A stretch of 64,000 nucleotides of DNA, from the NCBI RefSeq assembly GCF_009914755.1, contig NC_060945.1. One strand, written 5' to 3'. Source of the DNA: the human T2T-CHM13v2.0 reference genome, Homo sapiens. Each line of letters begins with the position of its first letter. The stretch's first letter is position 1. The translations under genes were made by a program, and so were the position numbers. Positions 1 through 13,136 of the stretch are shown here, piece by piece. The notes under the pieces were generated by a model, which worked only from the letters and a program-made list of their open reading frames with translations, did not search any database and was not told where the DNA came from.

Positions 1-1450
1 CAGTTTGACTTCCTCATTACTGATTTGGATGCCTTTTGTTTACTTCTCTTGTCTAATTGCTCCGGCTAAGACTTTCAGTACTATGTTGAATACAAGTGGT
101 GAAAGTGGGCATCCTTGTTTTGTTCCACTGATCAGAGAAAATTCTTTGAGCTTTTCCCATTCAGTATGATGTTGGCTGTGGATTTGTCATAAATGACTTT
201 TATTACCTTAAGGTATGTCCCTCTATGCTGTTTTGCTGAGGGTTTTAATCATAAAGGGATGCTGGATTTCATCAAATGCTTTTTCTGCATCTATTGAGGT
301 GATCATATGATTTTTGATTTTACTTCTGTTTATGTGCTGTATCACATTTTTTGACTTGCATATGTTAAACCATCCCTGTATCCCTGTTATAAAACACACT
401 TGATCATGGTGGATTATCTTCTTGATATGCTGTTGAATTGAGTTAGATAGTATTTTGTGGAGGATTTTCACATCTATGTTCATCGGGGATATTGGTTTGT
501 AGTTTTCTTTTTTTTTGTTATATCTTTTCCTGGTTTTGGTATTAGGGTAATGCTGGCTTCATAGAATGATTTAGAGAGGATTCCCTCTTTCTCTATCTTT
601 TGGAATAGTTTCAGTAGGATTGGTACCAATTCTTCTTTGAATGTCTGATAGAATCCAGCTGCTCCTGGACTTGTTGTTGCTGGCAGTTTTTTTTATTGCT
701 GTTTTAATCTTGCTACTTGTTATTGGTCTGTTCAGAGTTTCTATTTTTTTCTGGTTTAATCTAGGAGGATTATGTATTTCCAATAATTTATCCAAATCTT
801 TTAGGTTTTCTAGTTTGTGGACATAAAGGTGTTCATAGTAGCCTTGAATGATCTTTTGTATTTCTGTGGTATTAGTTGTAACATCTCCCATTTCATTTCT
901 AATTGAGTTTACTTGGATCTCCTCTCTTTTTCTCTTGGCTAATCTTGCTAATAGTCTCTCACTTTTGTTTATGCAAAAAGAACTAGCTTTTTGCTTCATT
1001 TATCTTTTGTATTGTTTTTGTTTGCTTGTTTCAATTTTATTTAGTTCTACTGTGATCCTGGTTATTTCTTTTTTTCTGCTGGGTTTGGGTTTGGTTTGTT
1101 CTGGCTTCTCTAGTTCCTTGAGGTGTGACCTTGGGTTGTTTATTTGTGCTCTTTCAGACTTTTTGATGTAGGCATTCAATGCTATGAACTTTCCTCTTAG
1201 CACCACTTTTGCTGTGTCCCAGAGATTTTGATTGGCTGTGTCACTATTATTGTTCAGTTCAAATATATTTTTTAATTTCCATTTTTATTTTATTTAACCC
1301 CAGGATCATTCAGTAACAGATTATTCAGTTTCCATGTATTTGTATAGTTTTGATGGTTCCTTTGACAGTTAATTTGTAATTTTATTCCACTGTGGTCTGA
1401 GAGAGAGTATTTTACATAATTTCAATTTTCTTAAATTAATTGAGACATGG

Positions 1451-1756
1451 TTTTTTTTTTTTTTTTTTTTTAGATGGAGTCTCACTCTTGTTGCCCAGGC
1501 TGGAGTGCAGTGGCATGATCTCAGCTCACTGAAACTTCCTCCGCCCAGGTTCAAGTGATTCTTCTGCCTCACCTTCCCTAGTAGCTGGGACTACAGGTGC
1601 ATGCCACTATGCCCAACTAATTGTTTTTGTATTTTTAGTAGAGACACGGTTTTGCCATGTTAGCCAGGCTGGTCTCAAACTCTTGACCTCAGGTGATCTG
1701 TCTGCCTTGGTCTCCCAAAGTGCTGGGATTACAGGTGTGAGCCACCACACCCGGCC
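1451..1756 (-). mobile_element. Alu (AluS-type) inserted in L1
   Basis: Poly-T, dimeric Alu body ending CCGGCC; flanking GAGACA..TTT imperfect TSD. Confidence 0.95.
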
Positions 1757-2263
1757 GAGACACATTTTGTGACCTATTATATAGTCTATTTTGGAGAATG
1801 TTCCATGTGCTGAGGAGAAGAACATATATTCAGCAGTTGTCGGATAGAATGTTCTGTAAACATCTGTTAAGTCCATTTGTTCTAGGGTGTAGTTTCCCAC
1901 TGTTTCTTTGTTGACCTGTATTTATGACCTTTCTAGTGGTCAGTGGAGTACTGAAGTGCCCACTATTATAGTGTTGCTGTCTATCTAATTTCTTAGGTCT
2001 CATGATAATTGTTCTATAAATTTTGGAGCTCCAGTGTTAGGTGCATATATATTTAGGATTGTGATTTTTTTCCTGTTGGACGAGTTTTTTGATCACTATT
2101 TAACTGTTGCTGATTTAAAGTATTTTCTGTCTGATACAAGAATGGATACTTCTACTCACTTTTGGTATCCATTTGTGTGGAATATCTTTTTCCACTTGGT
2201 TACTTTAGGTTTAGGTGAAGCCTTATGTGTTAGGTGCATCTCTTAAAGACAGCAGATACTTGA

Positions 2264-2593
<330 letters not shown>

Positions 2594-4595
2594 CTGTATC
2601 TCTTAAGTGAAGCATTTAATCCATTTACGTTCAACATTAATATTGAGATGTGAAGTACTGTTCTATTCATCATGCTAGTTGTAGTCTCAATACGTTGTTT
2701 TTTAAATTGTGTTATTGTTTTATAGATCCTGTGAGATTTATGCTTTAAAGAGGTTCTATTTTGGTGTATTTTAGGTTTCATTTCAAGATTTAAGACTCCT
2801 TTTAGCATTTTTTGCAGTGCTGGCTTGGTAGTAACAAATTCTCTCAACATTTGTTTTTTTGAAAAATACTTTTTCTCTCCTTCATTTATGAAGCTTAGTT
2901 TCACTAGATATAAAATTCTTGACTGTTATTGTTTTGTTTAAGGGAGCTAAATATAGGACCCCATCCCTTCTGTCCTGTAGGGTTTCTGCTGAGAAATCTG
3001 TTGTCAATCTGATAGCTTTTTCTTTATAGGTTACCTGCTGCTTTTGCCTCACAGCTCTTAAGATTATTTCTTTCATCTTAACTTTAGATAACCTGATGGC
3101 TATGTGCATAGGTGATGATCTTTTTGTGATGAATTTTCCAGGTGTTCTTTGAGCTTCTTGTATTTGGATGTCTAGATCTCTAGCAAGGCCAGGGAAGTTT
3201 TCCCTGAGTATTCCCTCAAATAAGTTTTCCAAACATTTAGATTTCTTTTCTTCCTCAGGAATGCCAATTATTCTTATGCTTGGTTATTTAACAAAACCCC
3301 AAATTTCTTGGAGTCTGTTAATTTTTTAAAATTCTTTTTTCTTTGTCTTTTTTTTCAGTTAATTTGAAAGCCTTGTCATTGAGCTCTGAAGTTCTTTATT
3401 CTACTTGTTTTATTCTATTGTTGAAACTTTTCAGTTTATTTTGTATTTTTCTAAGTGTGTCTTTCATTTCCAGAAATTGTGATTGTCTTTGCTTTATGAT
3501 ACATGTTTCTCTGGAGACTTTTTCATCCATATACTGTATTGTTTTCAAAATTTCTTGAAGTTGGTTTTCACCTTATTCTGGTGCCTCCTTGAATAGCTTA
3601 ATAACCAACCTTCCAATTTTTTTTTTTTTTTTTTTTTTTTGGCAATTCAGAGATTTCTTCTTGGTTTGGATCCACAGCTGGAGAGCTAGTGTGATCTTTT
3701 GGGGGTACTATACAACTTGTTTTGTCATATTACCAGAATTACTTTTTTGGTTTCTTTTCATTTGGGTAGACTGTTTCAGTGGAAAGATCTGGACCTCAAG
3801 GGCTGCTATTCAGATTCTCTTGTCCCACATGGTGGTGCTCTCTTGATGTGTGCCCTCCCCCTTCCTCTAGGGATAGGGCTTCTTGAGAGCCAGATTGCAG
3901 TGATTGCTAATGCCCTTCTGGGTCTAGACACCCAGTGGGGCTACTGGGCTCCAGGCTGGTGCTGCAGAATGTCTGCAAAAAGTCCTGTGCTGTGATTTGT
4001 CTTCAGGTCTCCCAATTCTGGATAACAGCCCCTGCTCTGGTGGAGGTGGCAGGGGAGTGAAGTGAACTCTGGGATTTTTTGGTTGTTGTAATGTGATGGT
4101 TTTCTCAAATGCTGGTTATGCTAGCAGTGAAATTTTCACAGGGACAGACTCAGGACCTCTGGTTAGCCAGGATGTTGCAGGCAGTGGAATTAGCTGTTGT
4201 TTTCTCCTTCTATGAAGCAGGGTTGTTCTCTTATGAGTTGCTGTAATGGCTTGAGTTGGTTGGCCCCAGCCAGGAGGTGGCACTCTCAAGAGAGCACAAG
4301 CTACAGTTGTAGAAGGGGGCTACCACCTTGCCCTATGTTGGCCAGGATAAGTACTCGGGTTTCTCAGGTGATGGGCAGGGACATAGAGCTCCCAAGAGTT
4401 TATGTCTTTTGTCTTCGGCTACCAGGGCAGGTAGAGAAAAACTTTCAAAGGGTCTGTGAATTCTTTCAGTCTCCCTAGTATGTCCTTGGAACAGAAGTTC
4501 ACAATGTGAATCTCCAGACGCTGATCTGTTTGTCTAAATGGGAGCTGCATGTTAGTCCTGTCTCCTCTCTGGTGTTTTTTCTCTCCTACCTGAAA

Positions 4596-4762
4596 GGTAC
4601 GGAGTTTCAGTGTGGGATGATGGAAAGTGCTGGAGTGGATATTGGTGATGTCTGCACAACAATGGGAATGAATTTAATGCCACTGAGTTGTACATTTGAA
4701 AATCATTGAAATGGCACATTTTAGTTATGTATATCTTACCACAATAAAACATCAGTTAAAAG
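4596..4762 (+). mobile_element. L1MB-type 3' end fragment
   Basis: Resembles old L1 3' UTR (GAGTTTCAGT...TTAATGCCACTGAGTTGTACA...CACAATAAAA). Confidence 0.7.
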
Positions 4763-5028
4763 AATTTTATTTATAGACCAAATATGTCTGTGCTCTATTT
4801 ATAACTCCTAGTATGTTAGGAATCACCCCAAGTACATGTTCCTAGGATTAATGCTTTCTAAAATAATCCTGTGGTCTGGTACGTATTCTCAAGGAAGGGA
4901 TTCCTGTTGAACCCAGCTTGAGGAATTCTTTGCTGTCTACTGCTCAGTGTCTGTTGACTGGAACGCTGGAGACGATGCAGCACACATTGGCCCCTGTGGT
5001 GCTCACATGATTTCCATGTGCTTTCCTC

Positions 5029-5400
5029 GGGTGGGATGCAGCATGGGAGTGCCGGGGTGTGGAGTGCAGCGTGTGAGTGCCGGGGTGTGGGGTGCAGCGT
5101 GGGAGTGCCGGGGTGTGGGGTGCAGCGTGGGAGTGCCGGGGTGTGGAGTGCAGCGTGGGAGTGCCGGGGTGTGGGATGCAGCGTGTGAGTGCCGGGGTGT
5201 GGAGTGCAGCGTGGGAGTGCCGGGGTGTGGGGTGCAGCGTGTGAGTGCCGGGGTGTGGGGTGCAGCGTGTGAGTGCCGGGGTGTGGGGTGCAGCGTGTGA
5301 GTGCCGGGGTGTGGGGTGCAGCGTGTGAGTGCCGGGGTGTGGGGTGCAGCGTGGGAGTGCCGGGGTGTGGGGTGCAGCGTGGGAGTGCCGGGGTGTGGAG
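5029..5400. repeat. Minisatellite, 28-bp unit, ~13 copies
   Basis: Unit GGGAGTGCCGGGGTGTGGGGTGCAGCGT repeated with few variants. Confidence 0.97.
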
Positions 5401-6052
5401 GAGCAGCTGGTGTTTCACGTTGCTGAACTAAAACCTTGGTTGCACTCAGCATTCAGATTCTGGGGACACTGTGGTGACCTGACACAGGGTAGCATAGAGA
5501 CGGCATTGCCCTCAGCCTGCTAGCAGCAGGAGGGTCGGGTTCCATCCTCAGCATGTGCGGGCTGCCCCTCGTCCGCAGCGGGAATCAAACTGACGCTGCA
5601 TATCTCTTAACAGTTTCAGATTTTGCCTCGTCCCATGTTTGGATGTGATGATTTGGGTTGGCTCTGGCCACTGGCAATACCCTGAGTTATTAGAAAATGT
5701 AAGGAGCTGTTCCTCATCCCTGTTTCCTGTGTCCTTAACCTTTCTCTGTTTTTAGTTTCTCAGCATTCAAGGGCTGAGCCAGTGCTCTTTAGTGAAGGAC
5801 TTCTACTTTGTGGATATGAACAATTTCTCCCCATTTCTCTTTCCCATCTTGTCTCTAACGTGGAGGGAAGGGAGTGATGTTTGTCCACAGCACCTTCGGC
5901 AACTATCATGACATGTTTGCGAGCGTCACCTTCTTGTGCTAGACTCATAGCCATGATGCATATTTGGCATATTTGGTGCTCAATAAATGACCTCACATAG
6001 ACACACAGCAACATGTGAAAAGCCAGTAGGAAGGAAGATCGACTGCCTCATA

Positions 6053-6240
6053 CAAGGTCAGCAAACCTTTCTGTAAAGGGACAGAGAGTAAATATTTTTG
6101 GCTCTGTGGCCATATGGTCTCTGTCACAAATACTCAACTCTGCCAGTTAGAAAGCAGCCATGGACAAGAGGCAGGTGAACGGGCATGGCTGTTTCAATCA
6201 TCTTTATTTATAAAAAAAAAAAAAATGTGGGCCAACCTGG
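6053..6240. mobile_element. MER58A-like hAT-Charlie MITE
   Basis: CAAGGTCAGCAAACCTTTCTGTAAAGGG...ACTCAACTCTGCC...AAAGCAGCCAT matches recalled MER58A. Confidence 0.75.
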
Positions 6241-6836
6241 CCTTCAACCTGTAGCTTTCCAGCCTAGTATAACCTTTTCTTTAGCTATTCTCTTTTGTTT
6301 AGTCTTAGAGTTAATGACTATGTCGAAAAAGTCTTTGAGACCAGGAATAAAATTTAAGGAAAAATATGCTAATCACGTTATTTCCAAATTATAGGTAAAA
6401 TAAGTACAAATAATAGCAGATTACAGTGGGACTAGTTTAGTGAAAGACTAGAGGACATATAATAGAGGCACATGTAAAAATTATAGATAATAGTGTCAAC
6501 TTTCATAACTTAAAGTGAAAAATTTCTTTTACCATGTTTACTTTGCAGGCAGAAAAATAACATTAGTAAGGAATAATTGCTATTTCTTTTTGGTTATTTT
6601 TCTCTCATTCATATTAACTTTTCCTAAATTTCAAAACTGTTAGGCTCAATATCTCATAATCTGTATGAGGAGAATATTTTTGTATCATCTGCTCTGAAAA
6701 ACTAAACTGATTATATTCTCTACTAAACACCTGCTCATATCCTGTTAATGTCTCTAAGCAGAGGAAGAAATGGTTGCTCTAAACAGGTGACAAAGCCCTG
6801 ATTTTGCACACGTAAAGATTTCCTTGCTTCCCACAG

Positions 6837-6858
6837 GATGGGCATCTTTCCACTCATG
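6837..6858 (+). other. Candidate 22-nt micro-exon of an unidentified plus-strand gene
   Basis: Acceptor TTTCCTTGCTTCCCACAG|G, donor ATG|GTAAGC, branch-like CCCTGAT ~35 nt upstream; unique sequence; no stop in any frame. Confidence 0.5.
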
Positions 6859-6886
6859 GTAAGCCATCATTGTCTTCTTAGTTTAT

Positions 6887-7755
6887 ATTCACTGATTCAG
6901 TATTTCCTGAGTACCTGCTATGAGCCAAGCACTGCTCATAAGTTTTCTGTGCTTCAGCAAATCAGTGAGCAAAAGAGACAAAGATCTCCATCCTCAAGGT
7001 GCTTGTTTTTCACAGGGAGGGGCAGGTAGTCAACAATAAACACAATAAAGTGGGCAGTACAGAGTGGTAAAAGTGAACAGAATTATGGAGAACAGTAGGA
7101 CAGAGTGATGAGAGTGCAGAGCGCTGTGCTGTGTGTGTCTGGGTGGGGGAGGTTTCAGGGTTAAGCAGGGTGATCAGAGCAGTGGGTAGACCCCCTGAAA
7201 AGATGAAGCTTGAGACAAAATTTGAAAAAGATAAAGAAATAGATCATGGCTATCTGAGAGAAGAGACTTCCAAATGGAGAGCAGATAGAGCAAGGATCAC
7301 GAGACAGGTGCTTGCCACTTGCATCCATGGATGAGCATGGAGTCTGGCATGGCTGCAGCAGTGAGGGAGGGTGGAGCTTTCAGAGGGGAGGCTGGACTGG
7401 TATTGGGTCCAGACCATGGATGGCCTCAGAGCCCACCAGCTCAGAAGTGGGAAGTGATTGCAGGGTGCTGGGCAGAAGTGTGTCTAAAAGGAAGTCTCAA
7501 AGAATGCTTCTGACTGCTGTGCTCAGAGTAGACTGCAGGGGTCAGGGGTAGAAACAGTGGAGTCTGTGAGAGGCTTGAGCAACCTCCCAGTGAAAGATGA
7601 TGGTGACTCCAACCAGGTTGTAGCATTGGAGGTGGTGAGAAAAGCCAGATTTGGGTAGATCTTGAAAGTAGGACAATCACATTTTCTGAGGGATTGGAGG
7701 CAGGGCGTGAGAGAAAGAATGATGCTCAGGATGATGCTCAGGTTTTTGGCCTGTT
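6887..7755 (-). mobile_element. LINE-2 relic
   Basis: L2 3' end ATTCACTGATTCAGTATTTCCTGAGTACCTGCTATGAGCCAAGCACTG followed by purine-rich L2 body. Confidence 0.75.
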
Positions 7756-8943
7756 GTATGTTAATAGAAATCCTCTCTATACAGAGATTTAAAAAGAAAA
7801 TGCTGTTGAAGTGTTATCCAATAACAACTACCCTTATATTTGTATTGTAACTTTATACTGTCAGATGAAAATGCCAACAGAATGTCTCTTCTGGTCTGAG
7901 AAGAATAGCCATGTATAAAGCCTGTCTGCAGCTTACTGTTCTCTAGCAGAGGTTGTGCTTTTATAGATAGCTCACTGGCTTGCTTCCTAGCAGAGGCTCC
8001 TAGCTAGAGGGAGGACTCTAACTCTCATGGCGTGTGCTGCTTAGTCTTGAGACTAAGAATAAGGGTTTGGAGTATAATAATTAGTTCTTGGTTCTGTTCT
8101 GCTTGGAAAAAAAACTCAGAAAGCCTCTTGGTACCCACAATGATGAAAATAGTCATTACTAATTGTATTCGTTGGCACCCAAGGCATAAACATGTACAAG
8201 GCACTTAATAATAACACCATCATCACATCGATTTTTATGATTCTCGGGCTTACCCTGGGCCACACACTTTGTTGGGAGCTCCACACATTGTCTTTCAACC
8301 CCTTGCGGCACCTTGAAAGCTATAATCCTTTTGTAACACATGAAGTGTCTGAAATGCAGAAAGGTTACTGGACTTGTTTAAGTCCAAATAGATACTGAAG
8401 AGTGGGGCTGGGGCTCCCTTGACTCCAGACTTGCCTGCCTCCAATGTCAGCGTCCTTCTGATTTTCCTGCCTCCAAAACTCAGGGATTTAGATGAATGAT
8501 GTATTCATAGCATGCTAACTCAACAAACACATTGATTTAGTGTTTTCTACGTGTTAGAAACTGACTTAGCTTGACATTGGAGGATAAAAGATAGATTGAT
8601 TGGTTGATCAAATGGTTTTTGAATGCTTATTATATGCCAGAGGTGTGCAATACTATAGAAAGATAAAGATGAATGGTCCTTTGTCTTAAGAAGGAACCAC
8701 CATTTCTTGGATGTCCTGGATGGTGGTGTTTAAATACTACAGGACAAGAAGCAGAAGAAACCTAAATGGGAAGCCTTCTGTTTGAAAACCCTTCCTTATT
8801 TAGGCATTTCAAAAATGTATTAATCTAAGAAACTTGGTATCTTTTGAATTGCAAAGTGGACAATCATATTTCAAGAATGATTTGAGGCAGGCTTAGCTTA
8901 GGTACAAGTTATTATAATTATTATAATTTGTACATAAGCTAAG

Positions 8944-9306
8944 TGTATTAGTTTGTTCTCATACTGCTAATAAAGACATACCTGGGACTGGGTAATTTAC
9001 AAAGGAAGGAGGTTTAATTGGCTCACAGTTCCACATGGCTGAGGAGGCCTCACAATCATGGCAGAAAGTGAAGAGGAAGAAGGACACATCTTACATGGCA
9101 GCAGGCAACAGAGAGCTTGTGCAGGGAAATTCCCCTCTATAAAACCATCAGATCTCATGAGACTTATTCACTACCACGGGAACACTATGGGAGGAAATGG
9201 CCCCCATGATTCAATTATCTCCACCTGGCCCCGCCAGGTGGCTAATGTGCGGGGATTATTACAATTCAAGGTGAGAATTGGGTGGGAACACAGCCAAACC
9301 ATATCA
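8944..9306 (-). mobile_element. Solo THE1 (MaLR) LTR
   Basis: TGTATTAGTTTGTTCTC...CAGCCAAACCATATCA; perfect 5-bp TSD CTAAG (8939-8943, 9307-9311). Confidence 0.93.
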
Positions 9307-9959
9307 CTAAGCCTACCTCAAACCATTTGTAAAATATTCTTGAAATATAATTAGTTTTCTAATGTACTCTCATTCAAGTTCTTGTTTGCCTCTGAAACTC
9401 ACCAGTAGATATGTAAGAAATAGTATTCAAATCACGTGAGGCTCTGACCATATCATTTCAAAACACGCTCATCTCTACTTGAGAACATGACTCCAGCGCC
9501 ATCTCTTCTGAGATCCTTCTTGCTGATTTTACTTAAATTAGATGCCTTCGCATACCTGCCACATCACTTTACACTGTTAGATTTTTACATAGCTTTGTCA
9601 CTGCCAGAAATTATCACCTACCTGTCTGTTCATTTATTGCTTTGTTTTGACAAAGTGTTTGATTTATGCAATATAACATTTAAGTGAAAAGAGACTCAAT
9701 GTTCATCAATAGAGTTTAAAATTTCCAATCTATATGACATTATCAATAGCTTTTTTATATTAAAATACATTTTATATTAAACATACTTGTATTCACAGAT
9801 GACCCAAATTGTTGGAACTAAAATTTACATTTATATAAACTCATCATTGATCTAAATACAATATGGATATGAATTTATATGTACTTTAATGTCATCAATA
9901 TTAATGTGAATTTCAAATAAAAATCCATAAAATTGTTAAACATGGAGGAGACAGATATA

Positions 9960-11450
9960 AAGATATAAATGCTGTCTAGGGGAACAGCATTTCAGATGGA
10001 GGAACAGGCAAGGAGAGAAGCTTGGAGTGTGGTGAGGAACAGGCAAGGAGAGAAGCTTGGAGTGTGGTGAGGAACAGGCAAGGAGAGAAGCTTGGAGTGT
10101 GGTGAGGAACAGGCAAGGAGAGAAGCTTGGAGTGTGGTGAGGAACAGGCAAGGAGAGAAGCTTGGAGTGTGGTGAGGAACAGGCTTGGAGAGAAGCTTGG
10201 AGTGTGGTGAGGAACAGGCAAGGAGAGAAGCTTGGAGTGTGGTGAGGAACAGGCAAGGAGAGAAGCTTGGAGTGTGGTGAGGAACAGGCAAGGAGAGAAG
10301 CTTGGAGTGTGGTGAGGAACAGGCAAGGAGAGGAGCTTGGAGTGTGGTGAGGAACAGGCAAGGAGAGGAGCTTGGAGTGTGGTGAGGAACAGGCAAGGAG
10401 AGGAGCTTGGATTGTGGTGAGGAATGAAGAGCATTTGAAATACTCACAGAAGGTCAATGTGACGCAGATGCGGTAAGCCAGGCAGAGTGTGGCAGGAGAT
10501 AAAAATAGAAAGATAAACAAGAGCCAGATAATACAGGGCTTTGTGGAACATAGTAAGGAGTTTGAATTTTATCCAAGAGGAATGGGAAGCTACTGGAAGG
10601 CTTAACCAAAGAATGACTTGCTTTTATTTATACCTAAAATAGATTATTGTGTTTCCTCTGTGGAAAAGGGATTATAAGTGGGCAAAAACAGAAACAGTTA
10701 AGAAGTCATTACAGTACTTGAGGAAATGGTTCATGAGTTAGACTGGGTGGTGCAATGGTGTGAGAGAGAAGAGGGTGGATTCAGCTGGTGAGCTGATTGT
10801 GGGAAGTGAGGGGGAAACAATGGGACTTCTAGACTTTTGGCTGAAGCAACTGGGTGGATAGTTCTATTTTCTTGGATTTAATGTTTTGGATGTGTTAAGT
10901 TTCAGAGGCTTATTAGGAATCTACGGCTAGTCAGGACTAGAAAATATAAATTTGGAACTCATGCACTTAGGGATGATAGTATTTGAAAGCATGACCCAAC
11001 TTAGCTTAAGTAGAGATAGGGAGGATAGAGAGAGAAGGGAGGAGGCCCAGGACAAACATCAGGGTTTAGAAGTCTGGCAGAGAAGCCGAAGCCCTCAGAG
11101 AAGACTGAGGAGTAGCCAGAGAAGCAAGGGGATTGACAGGAGAAGGTGGCAGGGAAGCTGATAGAAGGAAATGCCTCAACAAGCATTCTCAGGTCTGTCG
11201 GCTGCTGCTGAAAGAAAACGAATCACCATATTCGGCAGAAAGAAAGAAAATGAATCACCATGTTTGGAAACATGAAGGCCACTGGTGGCGATGATAAAAG
11301 GAGCTTTATGGGAGTGGTGGGGAAGGACACTGACAAGAATGGGAGGAAGAGAATGAAATTCAAGGGAGTGGAAATGAGGAAAAGAGCTAGAAAGACACTG
11401 GCTCAGGGCAGGGTTTCAGAGGGAAGGATATCTTGGAGTTGGTTAGTGTG
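9960..11450 (-). mobile_element. LINE-2 relic hosting a minisatellite
   Basis: L2-like blocks (AGGAGTTTGAATTTTATCCAAGAGGAATGGGAAGCTACTGGAAGG; TTTTGGCTGAAGCAACTGGGTGGAT). Confidence 0.65.
9999..10424. repeat. Minisatellite, 35-bp unit, 12 copies
   Basis: Unit GAGGAACAGGCAAGGAGAGAAGCTTGGAGTGTGGT, near-perfect copies. Confidence 0.98.
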
Positions 11451-11900
11451 TTGGTGAGAATTCTCTTGTGTGGATGACATTATGATGGTGCAGAGGAGAG
11501 AGCGGAAAACAGCTGAAGCACAAAGCCTTTGTGCCTTGAGAGCTGGTGAGGTCCCGAGTGCTGGGGGAGGTGTTGCCTTGAGACAGGAATGGGAACACCT
11601 TGACGTTGCTTCCATCCTCTTGGAAGGTTGGAGTTGGTGGAGGGGAGATGGAATTCCTCTATCTCTTCTCTATAGAGAAGGAAGAAGAAGAAATATTGGA
11701 GGCTTCAGCAGCATAAAGAAAGTGTGAAATACTTGGATGTCTTGGATACTGGAGTTTTGTTTAGAAGGGAAGTGTAGCAGAACCTCTGGATGGTGATAAG
11801 TATGTGTTTCAGATTTGTGACCTTGAGTTTAGAGTGTGGACAGTCACTATGGCTTTGTGATTTTCTTCAGCTACTGGCTGATGGTGCAGTGAAATAGAAT

Positions 11901-12420
11901 TGTAAATGGGACCTCAAGCTCTCCGGAGGAAATGGGCTCCTGGTGACTAATGGAGACACCCAAATTTAGATAACAGATTCAAGCGGCCATAGGGGGTGGT
12001 GAGAGGAGAACCATCTCTTCACAAACATCCTACTTCATGTGCTTTCTGTGACCAGAGCCAAGAAAAACAGTGGCTAGACTCCTCACCTCCACCCCATTGG
12101 CCATTTTAAAAGAAAACACCTGACAAAGGCACTTCTAATGTTGGGATGGGAAGCCACCCAGTCAGGGCTTGGCTATCTCAACCAATAAGAACTGAACACA
12201 CGTGAATCCTACATTTGCATAAACAGACGTGACAGAGAACCTGGGAGAAAACTTTTCCTATTTGAGCCATAAACCCTTCCTTTGTTCTTCGGTGCACACA
12301 CTTTCATTTGTGCTTCCCCAGTCTGCGGGAATTTTTTTTGTCTTTTTTTTTTTTTGACTGTTTTATAGAGAACAAAGCTCTTCCTTTTTCCTCTGCAGAT
12401 TTCATGATCTTTTGTTAACA
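11901..12420 (+). mobile_element. Probable old ERV1-class solo LTR
   Basis: TGT...ACA termini, CCAAT and TATA-like boxes, 3' end CTCTGCAGATTTCATGATCTTTTGTTAACA; no clear TSD. Confidence 0.5.
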
Positions 12421-12701
12421 GCGCTGAGTAGGTGAATAGTTGGTTTGAATAGGTTATTGCTTTGCTGTGTGAATTCAATGGAAACAAAGTTTGTGGTTAT
12501 AGTTTATCAAATTGAATAACGTGATTATAATGATGGGCCCTGGACCCCAAAGTGGGAAAGTTCAAAGTAAGACCAGGAGGGGATGACAGATAATAAAAAC
12601 ATTTTAAGGTCAATGGATTTGTGGTTTACAATGTTGAAAATGGTTGGAGTAGGCAGCACAGAGTAAGTGAGCTGGAAAGATAAGGCTTAGTAGGAGAATG
12701 A

Positions 12702-13136
<435 letters not shown>

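Noticed and set aside
4858-5452. Long Pro/His-rich and Cys/Gly-rich ORFs
   Set aside because: Read-through of the 28-bp minisatellite, open in several frames on both strands
9936-10520. Three overlapping 150-194 aa minus ORFs
   Set aside because: Artefact of the stop-free 35-bp repeat
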